Shown here: one piece after another, positions 9,010-18,977 of the stretch
Numbering within the stretch: position 1 is the stretch's first letter
Layout of the letters: every line of letters starts with the position of its first letter
NCBI RefSeq assembly: GCF_014349235.1
Contig: NZ_JACSOH010000004.1
Span: forward strand, 69,307 to 133,306
From: Cytophaga sp. FL35
Lineage (GTDB): Bacteria > Bacteroidota > Bacteroidia > Flavobacteriales > Flavobacteriaceae
Direction: 5' to 3'
Length of the DNA: 64,000 nt
The notes under the pieces: model-generated
Databases searched by the model: none
Seen by the model: only the letters and a program-made list of their open reading frames with translations
What the model was told of the DNA's origin: nothing
Position numbers and translations under genes: made by a program

Positions 9010-9486
9010 TTATCCCATAATCTTCTTACAAATTACCTCTCCAATGGCCATAATCGCGTTTTTTTCATCTTCCGTAAAGTCATAAGATGTTGGTTTCGCT
9101 ACTCCCAATGTGCCATACAACTTTCCGTTTAATAATAAAGGAGCTGCTAGGGAACCTTCTACTTTGGTTTCCTTTGCTGCTGGGCGTGCTACCCCAGAAT
9201 TATCGGTCTGTAGATTGCACATCTCTACAGGTTGTTTCCTTTCCGCTGCAATCCCCGCCATTCCTTTTCCTATGGGAATAGTTTCTAACTTAGGAATCAA
9301 GAAAGGAGGAATACCCACTTGAGATTTCAACTTTAATAAGCCGCTTTCTTCTTCCAGAAAATGCAAAGTACCTGTTGAGCAATCAAAATAGGAGATGATA
9401 TCCTTTAGAATTTTATCCCAAATGGGTTCGTCAACATTTATAGCTTTATATATTTCATCTAGTAGGGCGGTATTTGTTAAACTCAT
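9010..9486 (-). CDS. stand-alone GAF-domain protein
   Basis: 158 aa. GAF-like fold pattern (GIAAERKQPV...LAAPLLLNGKLYGTLGVA). Confidence 0.7.
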   Translation of the reverse strand: MSLTNTALLDEIYKAINVDEPIWDKILKDIISYFDCSTGTLHFLEEESGLLKLKSQVGIPPFLIPKLETIPIGKGMAGIAAERKQPVEMCNLQTDNSGVARPAAKETKVEGSLAAPLLLNGKLYGTLGVAKPTSYDFTEDEKNAIMAIGEVICKKIMG

Positions 9487-9578
9487 AGAAATACGATTGG
9501 AATATTGGTTTGAATTTGCGCTATAAGATTAAAAGCAATCTAGCTCTAGTGGTTTTTGTTATCAAATTATAATTTAGA

Positions 9579-9746
9579 CTAGCCTACTTGATTGTATTTT
9601 CTCATCAAGGCTTTGTACTTCTCGGAATCTTCTTTAGAATGATTTGCGTAATCATCAATAATTGTATGCTCAATACTATTCGTCTTTAAAAAGATGGATA
9701 CTCTCTCAAGTTTTTCAGGAGTACCTTTTATCTCAATCTTGGCCAT
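9579..9746 (-). CDS. possible 55-aa small protein (MAKIEIKGTPEKLERVSIFLKTNSIEHTIIDDYANHSKEDSEKYKALMRKYNQVG). Hand-translated, and below the ORF-track size cutoff.
   Basis: ATG-to-stop ORF in an otherwise empty 450-nt intergenic gap. Coding-like composition. No recognisable family. Confidence 0.25.
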   Translation of the reverse strand: MAKIEIKGTPEKLERVSIFLKTNSIEHTIIDDYANHSKEDSEKYKALMRKYNQVG

Positions 9747-9880
9747 ATCTTATTAATGTTTAATCTAACTTCCTTGAAAATGAGTCACATGGGGGAAGCT
9801 TGCTTTTTGAAAATAAAAAGAAGCGGACTACAAATTTACATAAAATGAGTGTACACAAGGATTGTTTTTAACATCAAAAA

Positions 9881-9909
9881 AAGGCCCTTTTAACATTAAA
9901 AAGAGCCTT
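9881..9909 (-). terminator. weak candidate terminator downstream of the phytase gene (imperfect hairpin aaggccc...gagcctt followed by a T-run on the minus strand)
   Basis: Imperfect 6-bp stem with a large loop. T-rich tract follows on the minus strand. Confidence 0.3.
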
Positions 9910-9938
9910 TTACAGGTGTGTACTAAAAAATATGAAAC

Positions 9939-10964
9939 TTACTTCAAGCCCAACTTTTCTAAATTATAGAAGAAAAAGTTCTTTTCGTCGTTCATGGCAA
10001 CGAAAAGTCCGCTCGAAAAAGTACTGTTCAATGGCACGGTCACTACATCGCATCCATCAGTTTCCAAGGTGCTTAAGTTTACGGCCTTTACAAATGAATT
10101 ATCTTTTCTGGAGAAGATATTGAATTCTCCCTGCTGTTGGTTAGAAACGATCAAGTACCCTTCACCATTTTCATAAGTGGCAATAGCAATGCCTTCAATA
10201 TCACTTTTAAAATATTCCCCACCAAAGCAAGAAAGTTCTTGGTTACCCTTGGATGGTTCTGCATAATATTTTCTAATACAATGTTGCTCATCTGAATAAT
10301 AAACATAGCCCATTTCATGGTCTACCGCTATGGCCTCGATTTCTTTTTTTTCGCTAAAATTGCCAAACTTCCTCACCAACTCTGCATTGACGGTCCCTGA
10401 AGAATCTGGATTTAATTTATATTGGTACAAGTACCCTTCGGAAGGCCCGGATTTACGACCAACAATGGCATATACGGTTCCATCTTTAGGCGATTTGTAC
10501 AAGGCTATACCCATGGGCAACTTCAATTCAGGGTCAGTTTCATCAGAAAAAACAGGATAACCACCATTATCCAAGGGTTTCATATCCGGAACTGAAAACA
10601 AACGTATCTGGTTTCTTTCCCTTTCTGTAAATGCGATGACATCCGTTTTCACAGAATCATTTAATTGCAAACCGTAAACCAAATCTACATTGTTGGGTCT
10701 TTTAATGCCGGTAATGGACTTCTCCATAATTATTTTCCCATTGAGATCAAAAGCATATACACCCCCATTGGTCTCTTTATCAGTACCAAAGACAATGCTT
10801 TTACTAGTATCTTCAGGATTAATCCAAATGGCAGGATCATCCGTATCATTGATGGTTTTTTCCGTAATAACATCCGGCGCAATAGGGGACAATTTACTTC
10901 CCGTTTTACAGGCGAACGCCAGTAATAGACAAATAAGAAGCGCTTTATTTGTAATTCTATCCAT
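9939..10964 (-). CDS. beta-propeller phytase (3-phytase), lipoprotein
   Basis: BPP-phytase family similarity over the whole length. The likely true start is the internal ATG at 10964 (MDRITNKALLICLLLAFAC lipobox), not the track start at 11048, which would overlap the upstream receptor gene. Confidence 0.8.
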   Translation of the reverse strand: MDRITNKALLICLLLAFACKTGSKLSPIAPDVITEKTINDTDDPAIWINPEDTSKSIVFGTDKETNGGVYAFDLNGKIIMEKSITGIKRPNNVDLVYGLQLNDSVKTDVIAFTERERNQIRLFSVPDMKPLDNGGYPVFSDETDPELKLPMGIALYKSPKDGTVYAIVGRKSGPSEGYLYQYKLNPDSSGTVNAELVRKFGNFSEKKEIEAIAVDHEMGYVYYSDEQHCIRKYYAEPSKGNQELSCFGGEYFKSDIEGIAIATYENGEGYLIVSNQQQGEFNIFSRKDNSFVKAVNLSTLETDGCDVVTVPLNSTFSSGLFVAMNDEKNFFFYNLEKLGLK

Positions 10965-11028
10965 TTGATATTTTTTAACTATTGTAACAATGATTTTTAC
11001 GCTGTGTATTCTATCGACCACTTTCACC

Positions 11029-13926
11029 TTATTTCTTGAACAAATCATATTTAATTCCTAAGGTTCCTCTTAGACTATAATATTCTGCCTGCATGGTGCG
11101 CCCACTTACTCCTTGGTAATAGCGGAGCGGTTGGTTGGTAATATTATTTAGATCGGCATATACCCTAAGATTACCTGTAATAGCATAACTGGCATTGAAA
11201 TCAAGGAAGAATTGTTGATCGTAATACCTATCTTCAAAGGCGTTACCTCCTATTTCATCTATGTAGGCATCAGAAAAGTTGGCGGACAATCTTGCACTAA
11301 ATTTCTTATCTGCATATCCAATGGAACCATTGAACATATTGGGCGAAGTGTTGGGCAAATCCAAATCATCCCTTTCATCACCATCCTCATTTCTAATGCC
11401 ATCTGCACTAGATGTCAAATAAGTATAGTTGAGATAAACACTCATATTTTTTAAAAATCCAGGTAGAAAATCCAATTGTCTTTGCAGTGAGACTTCCGCT
11501 CCAAAAATCGAAGCATTATCACCGTTTAAAGGCTGGTAAACTTCATAGCCCTCCGTTCCTGCTCCAAATTCATTGGATGTAGTTTCAAATTGGTAGGTAT
11601 ATATAAAATCATTGATATTCTTGTAGAACACCCCCCCTGAAAGGATTCCCACATTACTAAAATAATGCTCCGCCATAAGGTCAAAATTCATTGAAGTAGT
11701 AGGTTCAAGATCTGGGTTACCTAGGTATATTTCGTCATCTTCATTTACAAATTCTTCCCGTGGGATCAAGTCTACGTAATTAGGTCTTGCCAAGGTGTTG
11801 GTCCATGCAAACCTAAGGACGGTATTATCCGTAGCGTCATATTTTAAATGAACGCCCGGCAATATATTGGTATATGAGTTGTTGGCTTCAACATCTTCGA
11901 TTTCTATACCCTCATCTATTCCGGCTTCCTCATCTTCTTCAATAAAATTCACACGTTTGCCCTTAGAGGATAGGGATGTATTTTCAATTCTCATACCAGC
12001 CAGTAAACTAAGCTTCTCCGATAAGTTTTGATTGAACATGATGTAGGCTGCCAGCACATCTTCTTGCACATCAAAGTTTCCTGAGGCGTATTCCTCTGGT
12101 TTATCTTCACCCAAGGACGGACTTAAATTCAAATTACCTAACCAGTCCTCACTAGCGAACAAACCGGCCTGATATTGACTCCCCGCCAAGAAGTTAGAAT
12201 CTGTAATATCCCTTACCGGAACCATGTTCATGGTAGAAAACTCATCTTCAAAGTCAAATTCAAAATAATCATTATTCCTTATTTTGGACTTGAACCTTCC
12301 TCTCGCTCCAAATTTGACACTCCCTTCACCATTGCCAAAGAAATCTGCAGGCAATTCAAAATTGGCAAAGAAATTAAGGTCTTCTTCCTCTGTATATTGA
12401 TTTTCATTACTAATATCACTATACTCAAAATTTGCAGGAGCGGTATCTTCCGCATTTACCGGGGAAAAAATTGGGAACTCGGCGTCCGTACCGTTATTGA
12501 TACTATATTCCGATTCAAACTCTGCATATCGTTCATCTAAACGCTCCTCTGAAGCCTTGGCATAAGAACCCATCCAATTGAACTTAAGCTTACCAAATAG
12601 ATGTATACCGCCCAAGCTGTAATTTTGCATCCGTTGATCTTCCAATCTTCTGTTCTGATTTCGGCTGCTATTAATACCACCTTTGGATTGTCTTTTTACC
12701 TCCACCGGAAAACGGCTAGGATACCCATTGGTAATAGTAAAGTCATCTACTCCAATATCTTCCCCATCCAAAATTTCATGCTCCAACCTAAAACGATTTT
12801 CCCTATCGTCCCTCCAATTATACATTGATTTTAAGTAAATATTATGATCGGCATTAAAACGATAATCCAAATTAGCCGCAAAACTCCTACGTACCCGCTG
12901 CACCAAGTACGTCCTGTTCTCAAAAACATTGGGATAGGGGTTTACATCTACCTCTTCCAATATATCTTCGCCCTCTTCATCTTGTACACCACTATTATAT
13001 TCAAACTCATCAGTCCACTCCGCTTCAATATTATGGGATCCAAAATCATTATCGTTCATGGTCGCGGATACCATCCATCCAAACTTACCGTTCTCTGTGC
13101 GGTCTCCAATCAACACGGAACCGTTCCAAATAGGCTTATCCGTTATGAAATTGATTCCTGAACCGGCCGTTGCGGAAACCCTAAAGCCCCTAGGTGCCGT
13201 TCTAGTAATAAGGTTGACGGACCCACCCATGGCATCAGCATCCATATCCGGGGTTACCGCTTTGTTTACCTCAATTGTCTGGATCATATCAGACGGAATC
13301 AAATCCATCTGTACATTTCTATTATCGCCTTCGGCGGATGGAATTCTACTACCGTTAAGAGTTACCGAATTTAATTGAGGCGATAAACCACGAACTATGA
13401 TGTTTCTTGCCTCTCCCTGATCTACCTGCATGGTAATACCCGGGATTCGTTTTACGGCATCACCTATATTCGCATCGGGAAATTTACCAATTTGGTCTGT
13501 TGAAACCACATTGGTAATGTTCATGTTGTTCTTTTGGGTATTCAAGGCCCTTGATTGACTGCCTAGCCCATAGCCCAATACCTCAACCCCATCCAGTTCC
13601 ATGGTTTTTGGGGTTATAAAAATGGAAACCGAAACCGTTTTATTTTCTTCTATAGTTACCTGCTTATCCACATCAGAATATCCCAGGTAACTTATGTTGA
13701 CAGTATAGCTTCCAGCGGGAATGTCTACCAATGAAAAGTTTCCGTCAAAATCAGAAATAGCGCCCTTTTTTAGCTCTGAAATAACCACATTGGCCCCAGG
13801 AACCGATATACCACTTTCATCTGTAATTGTACCTGTAAGGTTCCCGTTTTGAGCTAAAACGGGAAGGCTACAAAAGGCAACAAATACCAATTGCAGCATT
13901 AATTTAATTATAATTTTAGAATTCAT
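11029..13926 (-). CDS. TonB-dependent outer-membrane receptor with an N-terminal carboxypeptidase-regulatory-like domain
   Basis: 965 aa. Signal peptide. CarbopepD_reg-like N-terminus (GTITDESGISVPGANVVI). Plug domain (DAVKRIPGITMQ...NIIVRGL). C-terminal beta-barrel ending with an aromatic residue. Confidence 0.9.
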   Translation of the reverse strand: MNSKIIIKLMLQLVFVAFCSLPVLAQNGNLTGTITDESGISVPGANVVISELKKGAISDFDGNFSLVDIPAGSYTVNISYLGYSDVDKQVTIEENKTVSVSIFITPKTMELDGVEVLGYGLGSQSRALNTQKNNMNITNVVSTDQIGKFPDANIGDAVKRIPGITMQVDQGEARNIIVRGLSPQLNSVTLNGSRIPSAEGDNRNVQMDLIPSDMIQTIEVNKAVTPDMDADAMGGSVNLITRTAPRGFRVSATAGSGINFITDKPIWNGSVLIGDRTENGKFGWMVSATMNDNDFGSHNIEAEWTDEFEYNSGVQDEEGEDILEEVDVNPYPNVFENRTYLVQRVRRSFAANLDYRFNADHNIYLKSMYNWRDDRENRFRLEHEILDGEDIGVDDFTITNGYPSRFPVEVKRQSKGGINSSRNQNRRLEDQRMQNYSLGGIHLFGKLKFNWMGSYAKASEERLDERYAEFESEYSINNGTDAEFPIFSPVNAEDTAPANFEYSDISNENQYTEEEDLNFFANFELPADFFGNGEGSVKFGARGRFKSKIRNNDYFEFDFEDEFSTMNMVPVRDITDSNFLAGSQYQAGLFASEDWLGNLNLSPSLGEDKPEEYASGNFDVQEDVLAAYIMFNQNLSEKLSLLAGMRIENTSLSSKGKRVNFIEEDEEAGIDEGIEIEDVEANNSYTNILPGVHLKYDATDNTVLRFAWTNTLARPNYVDLIPREEFVNEDDEIYLGNPDLEPTTSMNFDLMAEHYFSNVGILSGGVFYKNINDFIYTYQFETTSNEFGAGTEGYEVYQPLNGDNASIFGAEVSLQRQLDFLPGFLKNMSVYLNYTYLTSSADGIRNEDGDERDDLDLPNTSPNMFNGSIGYADKKFSARLSANFSDAYIDEIGGNAFEDRYYDQQFFLDFNASYAITGNLRVYADLNNITNQPLRYYQGVSGRTMQAEYYSLRGTLGIKYDLFKK

Positions 13927-14082
13927 ATTTGATTGGTTTTACGAATCCAAAATTATGTATATCAAACAGATACGATGTTTTTTAAATGGAAACAAAAAGG
14001 AAACAATGCAATTTTTCAAGGAAACAACAAGGCAACAATTAAGATAAATTTACATTGCAATAACAATTAGCTCACAAATGAC

Positions 14083-15651
14083 CTATAAACGCGTTAAATA
14101 AGTGCTTAATTCTTCTTTTGAGTCTATGGGTAGTTTTTTTCTTAATCTATACCTGGCCACTCTTACACTGTCTGGCGTTAGATGAAGAATAGATGCAATT
14201 TCTTTGGAGGAAAGACTTAATTTCAATAACATTCCCAGTCTAAGTTCCGCAGGGGATAATACGGATAAAGCTTCATCGTTCAGTTTTTTAATAAACTGGG
14301 GATGAATTTCCTTAAAAAAAGCCAAGAATTCATCCCACTCCTGATCTTGCGTAAGACTTACTTCTATATCTTTTACGATATTTTTCAGCTTTCTCTTTAG
14401 GTCCATATTAGAACGATCCAAGCTATTTTTAAGATTTAAGGATAGATTGGAAAGCATCTTGTTTTTTTGCGCTAACTGCAAACTATATCTCGATAAAGCG
14501 GAGTTTTTTATTTGAACTTCCCTTTGTAGGTTCTCTTCCTCGATTTGTTTACGCTCCAATTCTGATTTTAATATGCGTTTCTCATAGGTTTGTAGCTTTA
14601 GGACCTCTCGTCTTTTTCGCTTCATATATAAAAACCAAAAAGTAGTCAATACCAAACAAATGATTACACAGGCCGCTAATAACCACTTTTGAAATCTATT
14701 TATTTCACCCTCATGCAATAGCTGCTTTATACGCAATTCTTTTTCTCGGGTATTGTAAATATTCTGCAAGGCACTAGCTTGATTTGCCCTGTACAGCTTT
14801 TCATTTTCTTCATCAATAGCAACAAAAGAAGCTAGGGAAGCATAAGCCATTTCAGGCTTATTGGCCAAATCATAAGCCTTTGCCAAATCCTTATAAGCAC
14901 TTGCCTCTTCCTCCCTGTCTCCCAGCATTTGGGCAATGGAAAGTGATTCTTGCGTGTACCTTATTCCTTGGGAGTAATCACCTGTTTTTCTATATATATC
15001 CCCAAGATTATTTAAAATATTTGCCGATTTGTTATTCTTGAGTGCTCCGTTTAAATTATATGCCTTCTCAAAGAAACTTTTTGCCTTTTCATACTCCTGT
15101 AAATCCTCATAAATACTTCCCAAACTCTCATATACCAAGGTGAGACCTCTGGTGTTTTGCAACCTTTCAAAAACCTCCAGACATTTGTTTTGATACTCTA
15201 AGGCCATGATGTAATTACCCTTCTTTTCATAGCAATCCCCTAGACCGCTATAGGAAACGCCCAACAAAAAATCATGTCCTGTATTTTCAGCAATATTTTT
15301 GGACTTTTCAAAATAGCCAATGGCCATATCATAGTTTTTAAGAAGCATGTGTACGCCCCCAATTCTATCAAGGGTACCTAAATAAATAGAATCCGTCACA
15401 TTTGTAGGCACAAGAAGAAGGGCTTTATTGTATTGATCAAGAGCTTCTGTATAAACCCCATTGGCCTCACAAAAATAGCCCAATTGTAGACGAGCCTTAA
15501 TTACGGTTCTTTTATCTCCGTTCTTCTGAGCTTGCTTTAGACTTTGGTTGAGCTGGTTAAATGAGTGGTCTAAATTGCTTTGCTCCTGGGACCAACCGTC
15601 TGCTCCTAGGACAAAAACCGAAACTAAGCAAAACAAAAAAAGGAATCTCAT
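14083..15651 (-). CDS. membrane-anchored TPR-repeat regulator with a C-terminal LuxR-type HTH
   Basis: Signal peptide. Multiple TPR-like repeats. One TM helix (LLAACVIICLVLTTFWFLY). Coiled coil. C-terminal LuxR HTH (ELRLGMLLKLSLSSKEIASILHLTPDSVRVARYRLRKKL). Confidence 0.75.
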   Translation of the reverse strand: MRFLFLFCLVSVFVLGADGWSQEQSNLDHSFNQLNQSLKQAQKNGDKRTVIKARLQLGYFCEANGVYTEALDQYNKALLLVPTNVTDSIYLGTLDRIGGVHMLLKNYDMAIGYFEKSKNIAENTGHDFLLGVSYSGLGDCYEKKGNYIMALEYQNKCLEVFERLQNTRGLTLVYESLGSIYEDLQEYEKAKSFFEKAYNLNGALKNNKSANILNNLGDIYRKTGDYSQGIRYTQESLSIAQMLGDREEEASAYKDLAKAYDLANKPEMAYASLASFVAIDEENEKLYRANQASALQNIYNTREKELRIKQLLHEGEINRFQKWLLAACVIICLVLTTFWFLYMKRKRREVLKLQTYEKRILKSELERKQIEEENLQREVQIKNSALSRYSLQLAQKNKMLSNLSLNLKNSLDRSNMDLKRKLKNIVKDIEVSLTQDQEWDEFLAFFKEIHPQFIKKLNDEALSVLSPAELRLGMLLKLSLSSKEIASILHLTPDSVRVARYRLRKKLPIDSKEELSTYLTRL

Positions 15652-15730
15652 AATCGCTATAAAAAAAGCACAAGATATTCCTTATACCATTTCCTTACAT
15701 TAACTAAATATTATATTAACACAAGTATCA

Positions 15731-15770
15731 AAAAACAAAAAGCCCTATCCTTTGATAAGGATAGGGCTTC
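15731..15770 (-). terminator. rho-independent terminator after rpmA (agccctatcctttgataaggatagggct)
   Basis: 11-bp perfect stem. T-run on the minus strand. Confidence 0.65.
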
Positions 15771-15789
15771 TAACTCTTTGAAAATTTGA

Positions 15790-16050
15790 TTATGCTTCGA
15801 AAGGCTCTATAGAAACAAAAGACTTTCCTCCAGCTTTCTTTTCAAACTTTACAATACCATCTTTTTGGGCGTGTAAAGTGTGGTCTTTACCAGCGTACAC
15901 ATTCTCACCTGGATTGTGTTTTGTACCACGCTGTCTAACGATGATATTTCCGGCAATAGCGGCTTGGCCACCAAAAATCTTAACGCCCAAGCGTTTCGAT
16001 TCTGATTCCCTACCGTTCTTAGAACTACCTACACCTTTTTTGTGTGCCAT
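15790..16050 (-). CDS. rpmA: 50S ribosomal protein L27
   Basis: 86 aa. [24 protein letters not shown]... is canonical bL27. Confidence 0.95.
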   Translation of the reverse strand: MAHKKGVGSSKNGRESESKRLGVKIFGGQAAIAGNIIVRQRGTKHNPGENVYAGKDHTLHAQKDGIVKFEKKAGGKSFVSIEPFEA

Positions 16051-16117
16051 GATATGAAACTTTTAGTCGTGCAAAACTCGCTTTGCACTGGATTAATTAA
16101 ATTTTATAAAAATGGAC

Positions 16118-16804
16118 TTAGGCCTTTCCTCCGTCCAATTCATCTTGCCATTTCTTAAGCTCATCCCACTTACCTTCGGCAGCAAGTTTAGCTTGTGCAG
16201 GCCAAGTATCGGTCACGTGATTACCACGTACATCTGCGATTATTTCTGCCACTTTAGCAGCATCTGTCTTTGCCAATTCTGCAAAAGTATCAATACCTGC
16301 TTCCGCCAAAGTCTCAGCAATCTTAGGACCAATTCCTTCAATCTTCTTCAAATCATCTGCCTTTGCAGATTTCTTTGGAGCTGCCTTCTTAGGTTTTGAC
16401 GCTACAGAAACATCAACACTGGCATCTTTACCGGCAGCTTCTGGCTTAGCAGCCTTTTTAGGCTCCTCCTTCTTGGCTGCTTTTTTTGCACCCTTGGCAA
16501 CAATACTTTCAATTACAATCTCGGTCAAAGATTGTCTATGACCATTTTTCTTTTTGTAACCTTTACGTCTCTTTTTCTTAAAAACGATTACTTTGTCACC
16601 TTTTAGGTGCTTAACGACCTTAGCCTCAACAGCTGCGCCGTCTATAGCCGGGGCGCCTACAGTAATGTCCGATCCGTCTGCTAAAAGAAGTACATTGTCA
16701 AAAACAACTTTTTTGCCTTCTTCTTCCTGTAAACGGTGAACATACACTTTTTGGTCTTTTGCAACTTTAAATTGCTGCCCTGCCATCTCTACGATTGCGT
16801 ACAT
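16118..16804 (-). CDS. rplU: 50S ribosomal protein L21 with a roughly 125-aa C-terminal extension (Lys/Ala/Pro-rich linker plus a helix-hairpin-helix-like domain)
   Basis: N-terminal 100 aa is canonical bL21 (MYAIVEMAGQQFKV...). It is followed by a KKAAKKEEPKKAAKPEAAGK low-complexity stretch and an IEGIGPKIAETLAEAGIDTFAELA HhH motif. The gene lies directly upstream of rpmA, as expected. Confidence 0.85.
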   Translation of the reverse strand: MYAIVEMAGQQFKVAKDQKVYVHRLQEEEGKKVVFDNVLLLADGSDITVGAPAIDGAAVEAKVVKHLKGDKVIVFKKKRRKGYKKKNGHRQSLTEIVIESIVAKGAKKAAKKEEPKKAAKPEAAGKDASVDVSVASKPKKAAPKKSAKADDLKKIEGIGPKIAETLAEAGIDTFAELAKTDAAKVAEIIADVRGNHVTDTWPAQAKLAAEGKWDELKKWQDELDGGKA

Positions 16805-16951
16805 AATTGTGTATATATTAGTTTTTTATTTGAGCCTATTTTTCAATAAGCGGATGCAAATATACGCCTAAATCCTTAATGTACAACACAATCCCCAAGT
16901 TTTTGAAGGACGAATTATTTCTTTAAACCGTAAACCAAACGTTCTAAAACT

Positions 16952-16980
16952 AAAAAAGGGGCAAAAGCCCCCATTTTATT
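16952..16980. terminator. short GC hairpin (ggggcaaaagcccc) with flanking A and T runs, downstream of the DUF4199 gene
   Basis: 5-bp GC stem with a tetraloop between an A6 run and a T4 run. Confidence 0.45.
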
Positions 16981-16989
16981 AATTTTCAA

Positions 16990-17460
16990 TTAATTGACAC
17001 TCGTAGAAATTGGCTTTTTACTAATATTGTTACTTGTCTTGAATAACTGCATAAACGATAAGGTCAACACCAAACTGGTAGCAAAACCCATAATTGCGAC
17101 AGTGAAAAAAACAATTCCTTCAAAGTTCTTAAAATCATTGAACCATACGGTAGTCAATTCTTGCAAGAACAATGCATTGATTTCCGTAGCGTAAAGAGCA
17201 AAAAATAACGTAAAAATTAATGTGGCAACAAAACCGGTAACCAATCCCGCTGTAAAACCTTTACCGTAGTCAAAACCATTGCGCACCTCCATCTTGTAAT
17301 ATTTTATGGCCTCATAAATACCAAAACCGGTAATTACGCCATTGAACAAACTAAAAAAGACATTGGTGTGCAGATTAAATAGGGATAGAATCAAGAAGTA
17401 GGCAATAAGACAGCCACTAGTGGCAACTCCAAAACGAATAGGCAAAGCAAACTGTTTCAT
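16990..17460 (-). CDS. DUF4199-like small polytopic membrane protein
   Basis: 156 aa with four predicted TM helices. Bacteroidota-specific family pattern. Confidence 0.5.
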   Translation of the reverse strand: MKQFALPIRFGVATSGCLIAYFLILSLFNLHTNVFFSLFNGVITGFGIYEAIKYYKMEVRNGFDYGKGFTAGLVTGFVATLIFTLFFALYATEINALFLQELTTVWFNDFKNFEGIVFFTVAIMGFATSLVLTLSFMQLFKTSNNISKKPISTSVN

Positions 17461-17625
17461 ATTCTATAGTTTTAAGATTCATTCTTTTAAATTAATGAAT
17501 ATCAGCCAAATAATTTTACTAATTCCTGTTAAATTCGAAATTGCACAGTAAAATTCCCACAAAAAAAACTTCATGTTGTAACTTTATCTAGTAGGATGCA
17601 ACCCATAAATATCTAAACACATTAT

Positions 17626-18948
17626 ATGACCATGAAAAATTCACTTTTTTACCTGATACTTTTATTGGGAGTTCACTTGGGAGCCCAAGAAGTTAGGTTC
17701 GAAGAATACGACCTCCCAAACGGCCTACACGTCATACTCCATAACGATGAGTCGGCCCCTGTAGTCACAACTTCGGTAATGTATCATGTAGGTGGCAAAG
17801 ACCGTACGGAAGGCCGCACAGGCTTTGCCCACTTTTTTGAACACTTACTTTTTGAAGGCACCAAGAATATTGAGCGAGGCAAGTGGTTTGAAATCGTTTC
17901 ATCCAATGGGGGACAAAATAATGCCAACACTACCCAAGACAGAACCTATTATTACGAGGTTTTCCCATCCAACAATCTAGAACTTGGATTGTGGCTGGAG
18001 TCTGAACGAATGTTGCATCCAGTAATCGATCAAACTGGGGTAGATACCCAGCAAGAGGTCGTTAAAGAAGAGAAGCGACTTAGGTATGATAACCGGCCTT
18101 ATGGCCAACTTTTAACAGTCGTTGGAAAAGAGCTCTTTAGTAAACATCCCTACAAAGACCCTAACATTGGATACATGGAAGACTTGGACGCCGCCACTCT
18201 TGATGATGTAAAGGCCTATAACGAAAAGTATTATGTGCCTAACAATGCAGTTCTGGTCATTGCCGGAAATATAGATGTACCACAAACAAAGAAATGGGTA
18301 TCTTCCTATTTTGGCCCTATTCCAAAAGGAGCACCGGTAACAAGGAACTATCCTAAAGAAGATCCAATAACTACGGAAAGAAGAATTCAGGCCTACGATT
18401 CCAACATCCAAATTCCGGCCTATGTACTTTCCTACAGAACTCCCGGATTCAAAGAAAGAGATGCCTATGTATTGGAAATGATCTCTACGTACTTGAGTGA
18501 CGGACAAAGTTCCAAACTCTACAAAAAAATTGTTGATGACCAAAAGCAAGCACTGCAAGTAGGGGCTTTCAATATTTCTCAAGAAGATTATGGTATGTAT
18601 CTGGTATTTGCCTTACCTGTTGGTGAAACCTCTGGAGAAGTATTATTGGAGGAGATGGAAGAAGAAGTGGCAAAAGTCCGTAATGAACTGATTAGCGAGA
18701 GAGATCACCAAAAATTATTGAACAAGTTTGAAAACCAATTTGTGAACTCCAATTCCAGTGTAGCAGGGATTGCCAATTCTCTTGCAAGATACCATCTGCT
18801 CTATGGGGACACAGAACTGATCAATAAAGAAATAGAAATTTACCGTTCCATTACACGGGAAGAAATCAAAGAAGTGGCCAACAAATATTTGCAGCCCAAC
18901 CAACGTGTAATCATAGATTATCTCCCCAAGGACGCACAGGCAAACTAA
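17626..18948 (+). CDS. M16-family zinc metallopeptidase (pitrilysin-like, catalytic subunit)
   Basis: Signal peptide. Inverted zinc-binding motif HFFEHLLFEGT (HxxEH) followed by a downstream E. Confidence 0.85.
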   Translation: MTMKNSLFYLILLLGVHLGAQEVRFEEYDLPNGLHVILHNDESAPVVTTSVMYHVGGKDRTEGRTGFAHFFEHLLFEGTKNIERGKWFEIVSSNGGQNNANTTQDRTYYYEVFPSNNLELGLWLESERMLHPVIDQTGVDTQQEVVKEEKRLRYDNRPYGQLLTVVGKELFSKHPYKDPNIGYMEDLDAATLDDVKAYNEKYYVPNNAVLVIAGNIDVPQTKKWVSSYFGPIPKGAPVTRNYPKEDPITTERRIQAYDSNIQIPAYVLSYRTPGFKERDAYVLEMISTYLSDGQSSKLYKKIVDDQKQALQVGAFNISQEDYGMYLVFALPVGETSGEVLLEEMEEEVAKVRNELISERDHQKLLNKFENQFVNSNSSVAGIANSLARYHLLYGDTELINKEIEIYRSITREEIKEVANKYLQPNQRVIIDYLPKDAQAN

Positions 18949-18977
18949 TCACACGGTAAAACTTAATAATTATTCCC

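Noticed and set aside
9939-11048. Long track start for the phytase ORF (MICSRNKVKVV...) overlapping the TonB-receptor gene
   Set aside because: The first 28 codons overlap the upstream gene and precede a perfect lipoprotein signal (MDRITNKALLICLLLAFAC). The internal ATG at 10964 was used instead.
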